A DNA stretch of 64,000 bases from a virus: IMG/VR virus record IMGVR_UViG_3300027977_000008, positions 32,001 to 96,000 of that record. One strand, written 5' to 3'. Of the stretch, positions 20,748-30,419 are shown piece after piece. The translations under genes and the position numbers were made by a program. Below the pieces are notes generated by a model that worked only from the letters and a program-made list of their open reading frames with translations, made no database searches and was not told where the DNA came from. The first letter of the stretch is position 1, and each line of letters opens with the position of its first letter.

Positions 20748-21314
20748 TTGTCAAATAATCCGTGTACCCTACATCAAGTTTCAAATAAAAACTTTCTGTC
20801 ATTGGGTGGATTCAAACTTATTATCAATAGGTGTCCAAAGGTAGATTTTCTTTGCAACAAAGCAAATTTACCAGGTCTGACATTGGGTAGTTCAACGCAA
20901 TCAACATATCTAAAAGACATTCCTGTTCCAGGAGACAAACTTAGATATGAAGATCTGTCAGTCAATTTTATTGTAGATGAGGAATTGGAAAATTACCATC
21001 AAATCTACCAGTGGATGACATCATTAGGATATCCACAATCAATTGCACAATACTCTGAATTACAAACAAAAAACAGATTTTATCCAAATACAGATGCAAA
21101 TGATCCGTACAGCGAAAGGTCTGATGCTACATTATTAATTTTGAATAGCAATTATCAAACTGCTGGAAAGGTAGTCTTTAAAGATATATTTCCAATATTT
21201 CTTTCAGGAATTCCTTTCGATGCAACGTTGCAAGAACAGCAATACTACACTGCAACTTGCACATTCCGTTATACTATTTTTGATTTGATTGACATTGATG
21301 GAAAAAAAGTTTAG
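20748..21314 (+). CDS. gp3: Tail completion protein gp3
   Basis: NFLS..GF, ANLPG..LG, PGDKL.Y..L...FIVDE.LENY. Confidence 0.85.
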   Translation: MSNNPCTLHQVSNKNFLSLGGFKLIINRCPKVDFLCNKANLPGLTLGSSTQSTYLKDIPVPGDKLRYEDLSVNFIVDEELENYHQIYQWMTSLGYPQSIAQYSELQTKNRFYPNTDANDPYSERSDATLLILNSNYQTAGKVVFKDIFPIFLSGIPFDATLQEQQYYTATCTFRYTIFDLIDIDGKKV

Positions 21315-21747
21315 TGTTTCTCTGGAAGTAATCCAGGAAATGTGGCAAAAAGATAGTGTGGTAAATCAAGACGAACTTGATACTGAAAGTCTAAAGATAC
21401 CTCAATTACACGCTAAATATTACCAACTATATAATACTATACTGTTGCTTCGCAAACAAGCAGAGCATCAACATAGCAGTATTCTTTTAGAACGTAGAAA
21501 ATTTTACATGGGGAAAGCGGAAACGCAAGTTTATATTGACGAACCATTTCCATATAAAGTCAGAGACAAAGAAGATTTAAAACTTTATCTTGAAGCAGAC
21601 GAAAAAATTAGCAAGATAAGATTAAAAATCGATTATTACGACACAATGCTGAAGTATCTTGAAGAAATCTTAAAACAAATTTCTAACAGAACTTACCAAA
21701 TCAAAAATGCAATTGATTTCAGAAGATTCACTGCCGGGTATGGTTGA
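21289..21747 (+). CDS. uvsY: Recombination mediator UvsY
   Basis: W.KDS, ESLKIPQLHAKY, R.YQIKNAI. Confidence 0.9.
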   Translation: MTLMEKKFSVSLEVIQEMWQKDSVVNQDELDTESLKIPQLHAKYYQLYNTILLLRKQAEHQHSSILLERRKFYMGKAETQVYIDEPFPYKVRDKEDLKLYLEADEKISKIRLKIDYYDTMLKYLEEILKQISNRTYQIKNAIDFRRFTAGYG

Positions 21748-23188
21748 TTTAATTATAAGTAAGAAGAATGAAGTTTGGTTGAATATTGAATGTGATCCTC
21801 ATATCAAGTATGAGTTGCAGGATCATTTTACATTCGATGTTCCTAATGCAAAATTTATGCCTCAGTATCGCAACAAATACTGGGATGGAAAAATTAGATT
21901 GTTTAATATTGAAAAGTCTGAAATTTATGCAGGACTGATTGATAAATTACAAGTTTTTTGTGAAAGATATAATTATACCTTTGAATTTGAAAATAATAAA
22001 TTTTATGGACTACCATACGAGGAAAATGATATGGTGTCTGAAGAGGGCGTTAAAGATTATGTTACAAGCGTCTCTAAGCACCCTCCACGGGATTATCAAC
22101 TAGAGGGCATTTATGATGCCTTAAGACGTAACAGACGCCTTCTAATCAGTCCTACGGGGTCTGGTAAATCTTTAATGATCTATGCTGTCTGTAGATATCA
22201 TGCAGAAGCAGGACGAAGAATTTTAATCATTGTTCCTACTACATCACTTGTAGAACAGATGTACAAGGACTTTGAGGACTATGGATGGGATGCAGAAGAA
22301 AACTGCCACAAAATCTATTCGGGTAAAGAAAAAATAACAGATAAAAATGTTGTTATTACAACTTGGCAATCAATTTATAAATTAGATCGTAAATGGTTTA
22401 CACCTTACCAAGTGGTTATTGGTGATGAAGCACATCAATTTAAGTCTAAGTCATTGGTTAGTATTATGACAAAACTTGATGCTGCAAAATATCGTTATGG
22501 ATTTACAGGAACACTAGACGGTACACAAACTCATAAGTGGGTACTTGAAGGATTGTTTGGTCCATCTTACAAAATTATTAATACAAAAGAATTACAAGAT
22601 GCTGGATACTTAGCTAAACTAGGTATTAAAGTTATTCTCCTAAAACACGATTCACAAAAGTTTGAAACTTATGAAGACGAAATTCAGTATTTGATTGGGC
22701 ATGAAAAAAGAAACAAATTTATAAAAAATCTTGCTCATGATTTAAAAGGAAATACTTTAGTACTTTTTAGTCGGGTTTCTACACATGGGCAAGTTCTTTA
22801 TGACCTCATAAATACTAGTGATAGAAGAGTATTCTTTGTTCACGGTGGCGTGGACGTTGAAGAACGAGAAGAAGTTAGAAAAATTACTGAAAAAGAAAAT
22901 AACGCAATCATCATTGCTTCTTTTGGAACATTCTCAACTGGCATCAACATCAAGAACTTACATAATGTTATTTTTTCATCTCCAAGTAAGTCCAGAATTA
23001 GAACACTACAATCAATTGGTAGAGTACTAAGAAAAAGTGAAAACAAACTCAAAGCAACATTATATGATATAGCAGATGATTGTAAAAAAGGATTAAAATC
23101 AAACTATACACTCAACCATCTCATCGAACGTATAAGATACTATAACGAGGAGAAATTTAATTATGAAATTATTCAAATCAAAATCTGA
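21740..23188 (+). CDS. uvsW: UvsW helicase
   Basis: SPTGSGKS, DEAH, QSIGRVLR; ATG 21740 preferred. Confidence 0.95.
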   Translation: MVDLIISKKNEVWLNIECDPHIKYELQDHFTFDVPNAKFMPQYRNKYWDGKIRLFNIEKSEIYAGLIDKLQVFCERYNYTFEFENNKFYGLPYEENDMVSEEGVKDYVTSVSKHPPRDYQLEGIYDALRRNRRLLISPTGSGKSLMIYAVCRYHAEAGRRILIIVPTTSLVEQMYKDFEDYGWDAEENCHKIYSGKEKITDKNVVITTWQSIYKLDRKWFTPYQVVIGDEAHQFKSKSLVSIMTKLDAAKYRYGFTGTLDGTQTHKWVLEGLFGPSYKIINTKELQDAGYLAKLGIKVILLKHDSQKFETYEDEIQYLIGHEKRNKFIKNLAHDLKGNTLVLFSRVSTHGQVLYDLINTSDRRVFFVHGGVDVEEREEVRKITEKENNAIIIASFGTFSTGINIKNLHNVIFSSPSKSRIRTLQSIGRVLRKSENKLKATLYDIADDCKKGLKSNYTLNHLIERIRYYNEEKFNYEIIQIKI

Positions 23189-23585
23189 TGATTTATACGA
23201 TGAGTTTTACGCTTCAGTAAAACTTATTAGTGGTGAAGAAGTTCTTTGTATGTTAGTTATTGATAGAACAAATTCCGAACATGTAATATTAGATAATCCT
23301 ATTATATGTTTAGATATTCGTTCCAGAGGAACGAATATAATTTCTGGGTATAAATTTGAACCATGGATAAAGTTTTCTGATGATCAAACTTTTATTCTAG
23401 AAACTTCAAAAATTATAACAGTTAGTAAAATCAAAGATGAAGATATTATTAAAATGTACAAACATGTTCTAAATGTAGGTTTTAAACAGTCTCATCCAGA
23501 CATCAGTAAGGAAATGGGATATGTTTCTTCCGTAGATAATGCTAGAGTTCTTTTAGAGAAACTTTATAACATTAAAAGTATCTAA
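23163..23585 (+). CDS. Conserved cyanophage hypothetical protein (Sm-like fold)
   Basis: VKL.SGEEV motif; position between uvsW and gp55. Confidence 0.7.
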   Translation: MKLFKSKSDDLYDEFYASVKLISGEEVLCMLVIDRTNSEHVILDNPIICLDIRSRGTNIISGYKFEPWIKFSDDQTFILETSKIITVSKIKDEDIIKMYKHVLNVGFKQSHPDISKEMGYVSSVDNARVLLEKLYNIKSI

Positions 23586-23614
23586 GATATATTGATTTCA
23601 ACCCTAACAGAGTT

Positions 23615-23643
23615 ATTATACAGGCATTTGAATATCTTGTCAA
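23615..23643 (-). promoter_or_regulatory. Consensus sigma70 promoter firing leftwards (antisense)
   Basis: Minus strand TTGACA(23643-23638)-17 nt-TATAAT(23620-23615). Confidence 0.7.
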
Positions 23644-23656
23644 GATATGCTATAAT
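23628..23656 (+). promoter_or_regulatory. sigma70-type promoter for gp55 with palindromic spacer
   Basis: TTGAAT-17 nt-TATAAT with TG extension; ATATCTTG-T-CAAGATAT inverted repeat. Confidence 0.65.
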
Positions 23657-23672
23657 GAATTGTTGATTTGTA

Positions 23673-24146
23673 ATGATAATGACACAAAAAAAATCAGAAC
23701 ACTATGTAAATAACAAGGAATTTTTAATTGCAATTGTTGCTTACAAACAAGATATTAAAGATGCTGAATATCTAGGAAAACCAAAACCAAGAATTACCAA
23801 TTATCTTGGAGAATGTTTCCTAAAGATTGCAACACACTTATCATATAAACCAAACTTTGTGAACTATATTTTCAAAGACGATATGATTTGTGATGGTATT
23901 GAAAATTGTGTTCAGTACATCAATAACTTCAATCCAGAAAAGTCCAGCAATCCTTTTGCATACTTTACTCAGATTATTTACTTTGCTTTCCTCCGTCGTA
24001 TCCAAAAAGAAAAAAAACAATTAGAGATCAAACAAAAAATTATTGAACAATGTGGATTTGACGAAGTTTTTGTTGCAGATCAAAATGGTAAGTCATCTGA
24101 GTATAATTCTATCAAAGATGCAGTACAGTATCGCTTCAACCTATGA
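23673..24146 (+). CDS. gp55: Late sigma factor gp55
   Basis: HYVNNKEF, NPFAYFTQI..AFLRRIQKEK. Confidence 0.95.
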   Translation: MIMTQKKSEHYVNNKEFLIAIVAYKQDIKDAEYLGKPKPRITNYLGECFLKIATHLSYKPNFVNYIFKDDMICDGIENCVQYINNFNPEKSSNPFAYFTQIIYFAFLRRIQKEKKQLEIKQKIIEQCGFDEVFVADQNGKSSEYNSIKDAVQYRFNL

Positions 24147-25183
24147 AGGTAGCTATCATTACAGATCAACACTTTGGGTTCAAAAAAGGATCCAAACTAT
24201 ATCATGATTTTTTTCTTAAGTTCTATGATGAAGTTTTTTTTCCAGAACTACAGAAACGTGATATTACAACTGTTATCGACATGGGTGATACTTTTGACAG
24301 TCGTAAGACTATTGATTTTTGGTCTTTGGATTGGGCAAAGAAAAATTACTTTGATCGTCTTCAAGATATGGGAATTGAACTTATTTCAATTGTTGGAAAC
24401 CATACCGCATTTTATAAAAATACTAACGAAATCAATACTATCAATCTTCTTTTACGAGAGTACAATAATATTAACATTATTGTTAATGCAAAAGAATTGA
24501 CTGTTGGTGGTTTAAATATACTATTTGTTCCTTGGGTAAACACTGATAATACTGAGTTTACTTACAATATTATTAATAATACTAAGGCAAAAATTGTCAT
24601 GGGACATTTAGAACTTAATGGGTTCTATGCACATTACGGATATACTATGGAAGATGGTGCAGATATTCTTCCTTATGAAAAGTTTGATCGAGTATTCTCT
24701 GGGCACTATCATACTAGATCTAATAATGGTAGAATTTTTTATCTAGGCAATCCTTACCAAATGTTTTGGAATGATGTTAATGATGCTAGGGGTTTTCATA
24801 TTTTTAACACTGAAACTTATGAGTTAGAAGCAGTTGATAATCCATTCTCACTTTATGAGATTATCTACTATAATGATACTCCTAGACAAATGTTTAAGTT
24901 TAAGAATTATACAAATAAGATTGTCAAAGTTATTGTCAAGCAAAAGAGTAATGAAAAGGAGTATGATCGGTTCTTAGATGCTCTGATGAAAGTCAATCCA
25001 TATGATGTAAAGATTGTAGAAAAAATTGATAATATTTCTTTTGATGATGAGATTGTCAATCAAACAGAAGATACAATGACACTTCTTGATAAGTATGTTG
25101 ATGATTTGGAGACAAATCTAAATAAATCTAAGATTAAAAATCTAATTAAAAATATCTATCAGGAAGCGTGTGAGGTTATGTAG
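24143..25183 (+). CDS. gp47: Recombination endonuclease subunit gp47 (Mre11-like)
   Basis: TDQHFG, MGDTFD, VGNH, SGHYH. Confidence 0.95.
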   Translation: MKVAIITDQHFGFKKGSKLYHDFFLKFYDEVFFPELQKRDITTVIDMGDTFDSRKTIDFWSLDWAKKNYFDRLQDMGIELISIVGNHTAFYKNTNEINTINLLLREYNNINIIVNAKELTVGGLNILFVPWVNTDNTEFTYNIINNTKAKIVMGHLELNGFYAHYGYTMEDGADILPYEKFDRVFSGHYHTRSNNGRIFYLGNPYQMFWNDVNDARGFHIFNTETYELEAVDNPFSLYEIIYYNDTPRQMFKFKNYTNKIVKVIVKQKSNEKEYDRFLDALMKVNPYDVKIVEKIDNISFDDEIVNQTEDTMTLLDKYVDDLETNLNKSKIKNLIKNIYQEACEVM

Positions 25184-25446
25184 TGTATATCATTACAATC
25201 AAAAAAAAAGAAGATGAAGGAGCATATTCAGTAAAAGATGAATTTGGAGAAAGGATTGTATTTTTGTTTGAAGAAAAAGATGATGCTATAAGATATGCTA
25301 TACTAATGGAAGAAGATGGATCTCCAGAAATGAATGTTATCAAAGTCAATGATAATATTGCAATTGCAGCATGTGAAAACGCAGGAATAAGATATACTAT
25401 AATTACTGAAGATGACATTGTAATTCCACCACGAGATAATGATTGA
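25183..25446 (+). CDS. Conserved cyanophage hypothetical protein
   Basis: 87 aa; LFEEKDDA.RYA motif; between gp47 and gp46. Confidence 0.7.
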   Translation: MYIITIKKKEDEGAYSVKDEFGERIVFLFEEKDDAIRYAILMEEDGSPEMNVIKVNDNIAIAACENAGIRYTIITEDDIVIPPRDND

Positions 25447-27151
25447 GTTTAAAAAAATTTGTTATAAGAATTTTCTTTCATCAGGAAACCAGTTTACATC
25501 AATCAAACTAAACCAAAATACCAACACTTTAATTGTTGGACAGAATGGTGCTGGTAAGTCAACTATTCTTGATGCTTTGTGTTTTTCGTTGTTTAATAAA
25601 CCATTCAGGAAGATCAACAAAAATCAAATTATCAACTCATCCAATGAAAAAGATTGTGTAGTTGAGATTAATTTTAATGTAAACAATAACGAATATAAAG
25701 TTGTTCGTGGCATCAAACCTGGTATTTTTGAAATTTACCAGAATGGTAAAAAGATGAATGAAGATGCTTCTGCACAGGATCAGCAAAAGATGCTTGAGAA
25801 TAATATTCTCAAGTTAAACTACAAGTCATTTACTCAGATCGTTATTCTTGGTAGTGCCTCGTTTGTCCCATTTATGCAGCTTCCTGCAGCACATAGACGA
25901 GAAGTGATTGAGGACCTTCTTGATATCAAAGTTTTTTCTTCAATGTCTGAGATCTTGAAGAACAAGATTAAAGAATCTAAAGAAACTGTCAAGACATTGG
26001 AGTTGAAAAAAAAAGGGATTGCTGATAAAATTATTATGCAGCAAAACTTTATCAAGCAAATTGAAGAGACTGGGCAGAATGATATCAAAAATAAACAAAC
26101 CCAAATTACTGAGTGTGAAAGTGAAGTTTCTAAGTACAATGAAAGTGTCTTCAGTCTTTTACATGAAGTTGAAAACAAACAACAAGAAATAGAAAAGTAC
26201 TCGGATGCTTCAGATACTCTTCGTAAACTTGGAACTTTCCGAGGTAAGATTGGAAATAAGAAACAAAACTCCAGTGATGTTTTGGAGTTTTTTAAAGAAC
26301 ATTCGGTTTGCCCAACATGTACACAAACAATTGAAGAAACGTTTCGTGTAAATAAAACAGAAGAGCTCCAGCAAGTCCTAAGTTCTTATGAAAGTAATCT
26401 TCAAGAAATTGAAGACACAATCAAAAAAGAAGAAGAACGTGAAAAAGCATTTTTCGGACTTCAAATGGAGATTACAAAACTACAAAATGAAATTTCTCAG
26501 ATCAACATTCGTATTGCTAACTCAACTAAATCAAAATCAATTATTGAGAAAGAAATTCAAATTATTACCACAAGACTTGAAAATAAAAATACTGAACACG
26601 AAAAACTAAGCGAATACAAATCCAATTTAAAACAACTACTGATAGACCTTGAACATCTCAAAGATGATTATGGATACTATATTCAAGCAAATGTTCTACT
26701 CAAAGATGATGGTGTAAAGAGTAGTATTATTAAAAAGTATTTGCCACTAATCAATCAGCAAGTCAATAAGTATTTACAGATGATGGACTTCTTCATAAAC
26801 TTTACGTTAGATGAAGAATTCAACGAAAAAATTAAAACTCCAATTCACGAAAACTTTTCTTATCCTTCTTTTTCTGAAGGTGAAAAGATGAGAATTGATT
26901 TATCATTATTGTTTACTTGGCGAGAAATTGCAAGATTGAAGAACAGTGTTTCCACAAATCTTTTGATCATGGACGAAGTATTTGATAGTTCTCTAGATGG
27001 TTTGGGAACAGATGAATTCTTCAAAATTATTCGACATGTGGTTAGCAATGCTAATATCTTTATCATTTCTCATAAAAATGAATTGCACGAAAAGTTTGAA
27101 AATGTGCTAGAATTCCATAAGGTCAAGGGTTTCAGTCAATTGAAACCTTGA
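25439..27151 (+). CDS. gp46: Recombination ATPase gp46 (Rad50-like)
   Basis: GQNGAGKST, CPTC hook, FSEGEK, LIMDEVFD. Confidence 0.95.
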   Translation: MIEFKKICYKNFLSSGNQFTSIKLNQNTNTLIVGQNGAGKSTILDALCFSLFNKPFRKINKNQIINSSNEKDCVVEINFNVNNNEYKVVRGIKPGIFEIYQNGKKMNEDASAQDQQKMLENNILKLNYKSFTQIVILGSASFVPFMQLPAAHRREVIEDLLDIKVFSSMSEILKNKIKESKETVKTLELKKKGIADKIIMQQNFIKQIEETGQNDIKNKQTQITECESEVSKYNESVFSLLHEVENKQQEIEKYSDASDTLRKLGTFRGKIGNKKQNSSDVLEFFKEHSVCPTCTQTIEETFRVNKTEELQQVLSSYESNLQEIEDTIKKEEEREKAFFGLQMEITKLQNEISQINIRIANSTKSKSIIEKEIQIITTRLENKNTEHEKLSEYKSNLKQLLIDLEHLKDDYGYYIQANVLLKDDGVKSSIIKKYLPLINQQVNKYLQMMDFFINFTLDEEFNEKIKTPIHENFSYPSFSEGEKMRIDLSLLFTWREIARLKNSVSTNLLIMDEVFDSSLDGLGTDEFFKIIRHVVSNANIFIISHKNELHEKFENVLEFHKVKGFSQLKP

Positions 27152-27176
27152 CAACTTTTTAGATTTGTAATATAAT
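27148..27176 (+). promoter_or_regulatory. sigma70 early promoter for hli
   Basis: TTGACA-17 nt-TATAAT. Confidence 0.8.
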
Positions 27177-27203
27177 ATTGTTGTAAAACTTTATGATACT
27201 CAA

Positions 27204-27413
27204 ATGACGATCACAACCAACGAACGCGGCGAACAAAATGTGTTTGCCCAAGAACCTAAAATGTACATTACGGAGAAAGACATGCAACAAAATGAAGTTG
27301 AAACTTATGCTGAACGTGCCGAAAAATTAAATGGTCGTCTAGCCATGCTAGGTTTTATTGCTGCTGTTGGTGCTTATGCATTGACTAAGCAAATTATTCC
27401 TGGAGTTTGGTGA
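27204..27413 (+). CDS. hli: High-light inducible protein
   Basis: AEKLNGRLAMLGF chlorophyll-binding helix; IIPG.W. Confidence 0.93.
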   Translation: MTITTNERGEQNVFAQEPKMYITEKDMQQNEVETYAERAEKLNGRLAMLGFIAAVGAYALTKQIIPGVW

Positions 27414-27430
27414 TAGCGTAGATATATTTT

Positions 27431-27460
27431 TAAAGGAGGTAAAAAATACCTCCTTTTTTA
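27431..27460. terminator. Bidirectional terminator between convergent genes
   Basis: AAAGGAGGTA-AAAAA-TACCTCCTTTTTT. Confidence 0.75.
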
Positions 27461-28135
27461 TTAACTATACCAGGGATGTTCAGGATCTTTTTTCAACATA
27501 TCTTGAGTATAACTTCTTGGTTTAAAACGTAACTCCGAGTTTTCTGCTTGCATTGATTCACAATTCTCCCACCATCTACTAGAAATTTTTTTGTTTATTT
27601 TGATACCATATTTATTTGCAAGAATTTCACATTCCTGCAAATTATGTTCATTGTAATTAAAAATTATACAATCCCATTCTGTTTTTATTCCCATTTGAGC
27701 ACACATTTTCATTATTTCAAACAGTTTCTCTCCATTTTGATTTTTTCTATACAAATGACTTTGACTTGGTAATCCATCCAACGCAAAAACCCATTTAACA
27801 TTACCCCTTTTAGAAAGTAAAAACGGTTTTAGGTATTGTTTCCTATCTTTTAAAACTGAGGAATGATATACTATAGATGATTTTTTATTATCCACACATA
27901 TTTTTAATAGTTCATAAAACTTTGGGTGGTATAGAGGATCTGAAACTTGACCACAGAATGTTATATTATCAAAATAATCTACAATTATTTTCATCTGTGC
28001 TATGGTTATATCTCTTCCTGGAATTTTTTTAGCATCTCCATCATAATATTTTTGTCTATTGCATCCTGGACATGCTAATCCACATTTATTAGATATGTCT
28101 AAATTAATTTGCTTAAGAAGTTTTTCTGGTATCAT
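27461..28135 (-). CDS. Radical SAM protein
   Basis: CGLACPGC (CxxxCxxC), FCGQVSDP, FALDG. Confidence 0.85.
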   Translation of the reverse strand: MIPEKLLKQINLDISNKCGLACPGCNRQKYYDGDAKKIPGRDITIAQMKIIVDYFDNITFCGQVSDPLYHPKFYELLKICVDNKKSSIVYHSSVLKDRKQYLKPFLLSKRGNVKWVFALDGLPSQSHLYRKNQNGEKLFEIMKMCAQMGIKTEWDCIIFNYNEHNLQECEILANKYGIKINKKISSRWWENCESMQAENSELRFKPRSYTQDMLKKDPEHPWYS

Positions 28136-28419
28136 TTTACAACCATGTTAGGTGTTGAAGTATCACTACAATAATAATGGCAAGGATAAGGCAAACTTTC
28201 ACTTTTATTTTCTAATTGTTCAAAAAATTTTTGCCACGTTTTTGAGTTGAACACTTCTTCAATTGAATTTACATTATTTAAATTTAATTTTTCTTCAACA
28301 AACTGAAGAGCATCATATTTTAATGAGTATTCGTTGTCGTAATAACAACATGGCAAAATAAATCCCCGCGAAGAGAACCCAAAACATTGCTGTTTTTTTA
28401 AACACTTTGGATCAATCAT
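28132..28419 (-). CDS. Stand-alone SPASM/Twitch-like Fe-S domain protein
   Basis: C..G.ILPCCY..YPCHYYC cysteine pattern; overlaps the radical SAM start; ATAAATA on the minus strand at 28444-28438. Confidence 0.7.
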   Translation of the reverse strand: MIDPKCLKKQQCFGFSSRGFILPCCYYDNEYSLKYDALQFVEEKLNLNNVNSIEEVFNSKTWQKFFEQLENKSESLPYPCHYYCSDTSTPNMVVK

Positions 28420-28478
28420 AGTAAATGATATTTTTTGTATTTATTTTTATTTTCTTGACAATTGTGCTATAATCTAAA

Positions 28479-28808
28479 TTGAACTTTATTATGATGGAGA
28501 TGTCTGACAACGGTTTTTGGAAATATAGTGAGGATCTAACACTCAAAGTATTGGAAGAGTATCTTGCAAGTACTTACAATTCTCATTACACTTCGGAGCA
28601 ATCAAAAACTCAAACTCTAGATTTAATTGAAAGTATTGGAGACGCTGAACCGTTTACTCGATCCAATGCAATAAAATATCTTTCCCGTTTTGGAAAGAAG
28701 AATGGCAAGTCTAAAATGGATATACTAAAAGCAATTCATTATTGTATTCTTCTGTATCACTTTTCAGGTCTTCATAACCAACCTACTCAACCTTATATTG
28801 AACGATGA
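28479..28808 (+). CDS. Conserved phage protein, DUF3310-like (possible nucleotide kinase)
   Basis: STY..HY, NAIKYL.R.GKK, D..KA.HY. Confidence 0.7.
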   Translation: MNFIMMEMSDNGFWKYSEDLTLKVLEEYLASTYNSHYTSEQSKTQTLDLIESIGDAEPFTRSNAIKYLSRFGKKNGKSKMDILKAIHYCILLYHFSGLHNQPTQPYIER

Positions 28809-29479
28809 AATTTTCTGATAAGACAATCAAAATTCTTCAAAACTTTACTTCAATCAATCAGTCTCTATCCTTCAAAGAAGGTAAAAAACTTCGGACTATT
28901 TCTCCGATGCAGAATGTATTTGCGGAAGCTGAGATTGAAGAATATATTCCAAAAAACTTTGCGATCTATGATCTTCCTCAGTTTTTAAACACAATTTGTA
29001 TTTACAAAGATCCTGATATTGATGTGTCTAGCGAAGAAAGTTATGCTTCCCTTAAAGAAGGTAAAGCAAATCGTTCTAAGTATTTTTTCTCAGATCCTAG
29101 TGTAATTATTGCACCACCAGATCGTGAGATGAAACTTCCTTCTGAAGATGTTTGTTTTATTCTTCAGGAAGAGCAACTTCAAAAGATTTTGAAATCTTCT
29201 TCAATTCTAGGACTTCCTGATCTTGCTGCTGTTGGTGAAGCAGGAGTTATTAAAGTTGTTGTCAGTGATCGTAAAAACGATACCTCTAATGAGTATTCAA
29301 TTGTTGTTGGAGAAACTGACGCTGAGTTTTCATTTAATTTCAAGATTGAAAATATTAAATTAATTCCTGGCAGTTACGAAGTTGTAATCTCAAAGAGCAA
29401 ACTTGCCAGGTTCTACAGCGAGCGTTATAATCTTACTTACTTTATCGCACTTGAACCCGATAGTGTTTATGGATCGTAA
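28805..29479 (+). CDS. gp45: Sliding clamp gp45
   Basis: NF.SINQS, FAIYDL..FL, YFIALEPDS. Confidence 0.93.
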   Translation: MKFSDKTIKILQNFTSINQSLSFKEGKKLRTISPMQNVFAEAEIEEYIPKNFAIYDLPQFLNTICIYKDPDIDVSSEESYASLKEGKANRSKYFFSDPSVIIAPPDREMKLPSEDVCFILQEEQLQKILKSSSILGLPDLAAVGEAGVIKVVVSDRKNDTSNEYSIVVGETDAEFSFNFKIENIKLIPGSYEVVISKSKLARFYSERYNLTYFIALEPDSVYGS

Positions 29480-30419
29480 TGACTTTCTTTGGGTAGAAAA
29501 ATATCGACCCAAAAAAATTGATGATTGTATTCTTCCTGATGCAATCAAATCTACTCTAAAGGACTTTGTGACTAAAGGAGAAATTCCAAATCTTCTTCTT
29601 GCAGGTCCTCCTGGTATTGGTAAAACGACTGTTGCTAAGGCATTGTGCTATGAACTAAAAACAGACTGTTATGTAATTAATGGATCAGATGAAGGACGAT
29701 TTTTGGACACGGTTAGAAATCAAGCAAAGAACTTTGCTTCGACCGTATCGCTTTCGTCAATGGACGCAAAGCACAAAGTCATCATTATTGATGAAGCTGA
29801 CAACACAACCCACGACGTACAACTCCTCTTACGGGCAAATATTGAGGCATTTTATAACAACTGTCGCTTTATCTTTACCTGCAATTACAAAAACAAAATC
29901 ATCGAACCCCTACACTCAAGATGTGCAGGGATTGATTTTACCATCAATGGGAAAGAAAAACCTGCAATCGCAGCACAGTTCTTCAAGCGTCTCGGGACTA
30001 TTCTTGAGACAGAAGGTGTCAAACATGATCCAAAAGTTCTTGTTGAAATAATCAATCAACACTTTCCAGATTGGCGTCGTATTCTAAATGAATGTCAACG
30101 ATATTCTGCTGGTGGATCTATCGACACTGGCATTCTTAGTTTATTGTCTAATGTTAATACAAAAGAACTTGTTGGATACCTTTCTAAAAAAGAATTTGCC
30201 AATGTTCGTAAGTGGATTGTACACAATTTGGATAACGATCCAAACACAATTCTTCGTAATATTTACGATTGTATTTTTGATACACTAAAATCAAATTCTA
30301 TTCCTGAAGCAGTTTTAATTATTGCTAAGTATCAATATCAAACTGCATTTGTTGCTGATCAAGAAATTAATTTACTGGCAGCACTAACTGAAATTATGTG
30401 TAATTGTGAATTCAAATGA
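29469..30419 (+). CDS. gp44: Clamp loader large subunit gp44
   Basis: LWVEKYRP, GPPGIGKTT, IIDEAD; ATG 29469 preferred. Confidence 0.95.
   Translation: MDRNDFLWVEKYRPKKIDDCILPDAIKSTLKDFVTKGEIPNLLLAGPPGIGKTTVAKALCYELKTDCYVINGSDEGRFLDTVRNQAKNFASTVSLSSMDAKHKVIIIDEADNTTHDVQLLLRANIEAFYNNCRFIFTCNYKNKIIEPLHSRCAGIDFTINGKEKPAIAAQFFKRLGTILETEGVKHDPKVLVEIINQHFPDWRRILNECQRYSAGGSIDTGILSLLSNVNTKELVGYLSKKEFANVRKWIVHNLDNDPNTILRNIYDCIFDTLKSNSIPEAVLIIAKYQYQTAFVADQEINLLAALTEIMCNCEFK

Noticed and set aside
28455-28473. TTGACA...TATAAT as a canonical sigma70 promoter
   Set aside because: Spacer is only 7 nt; at most an extended -10 promoter
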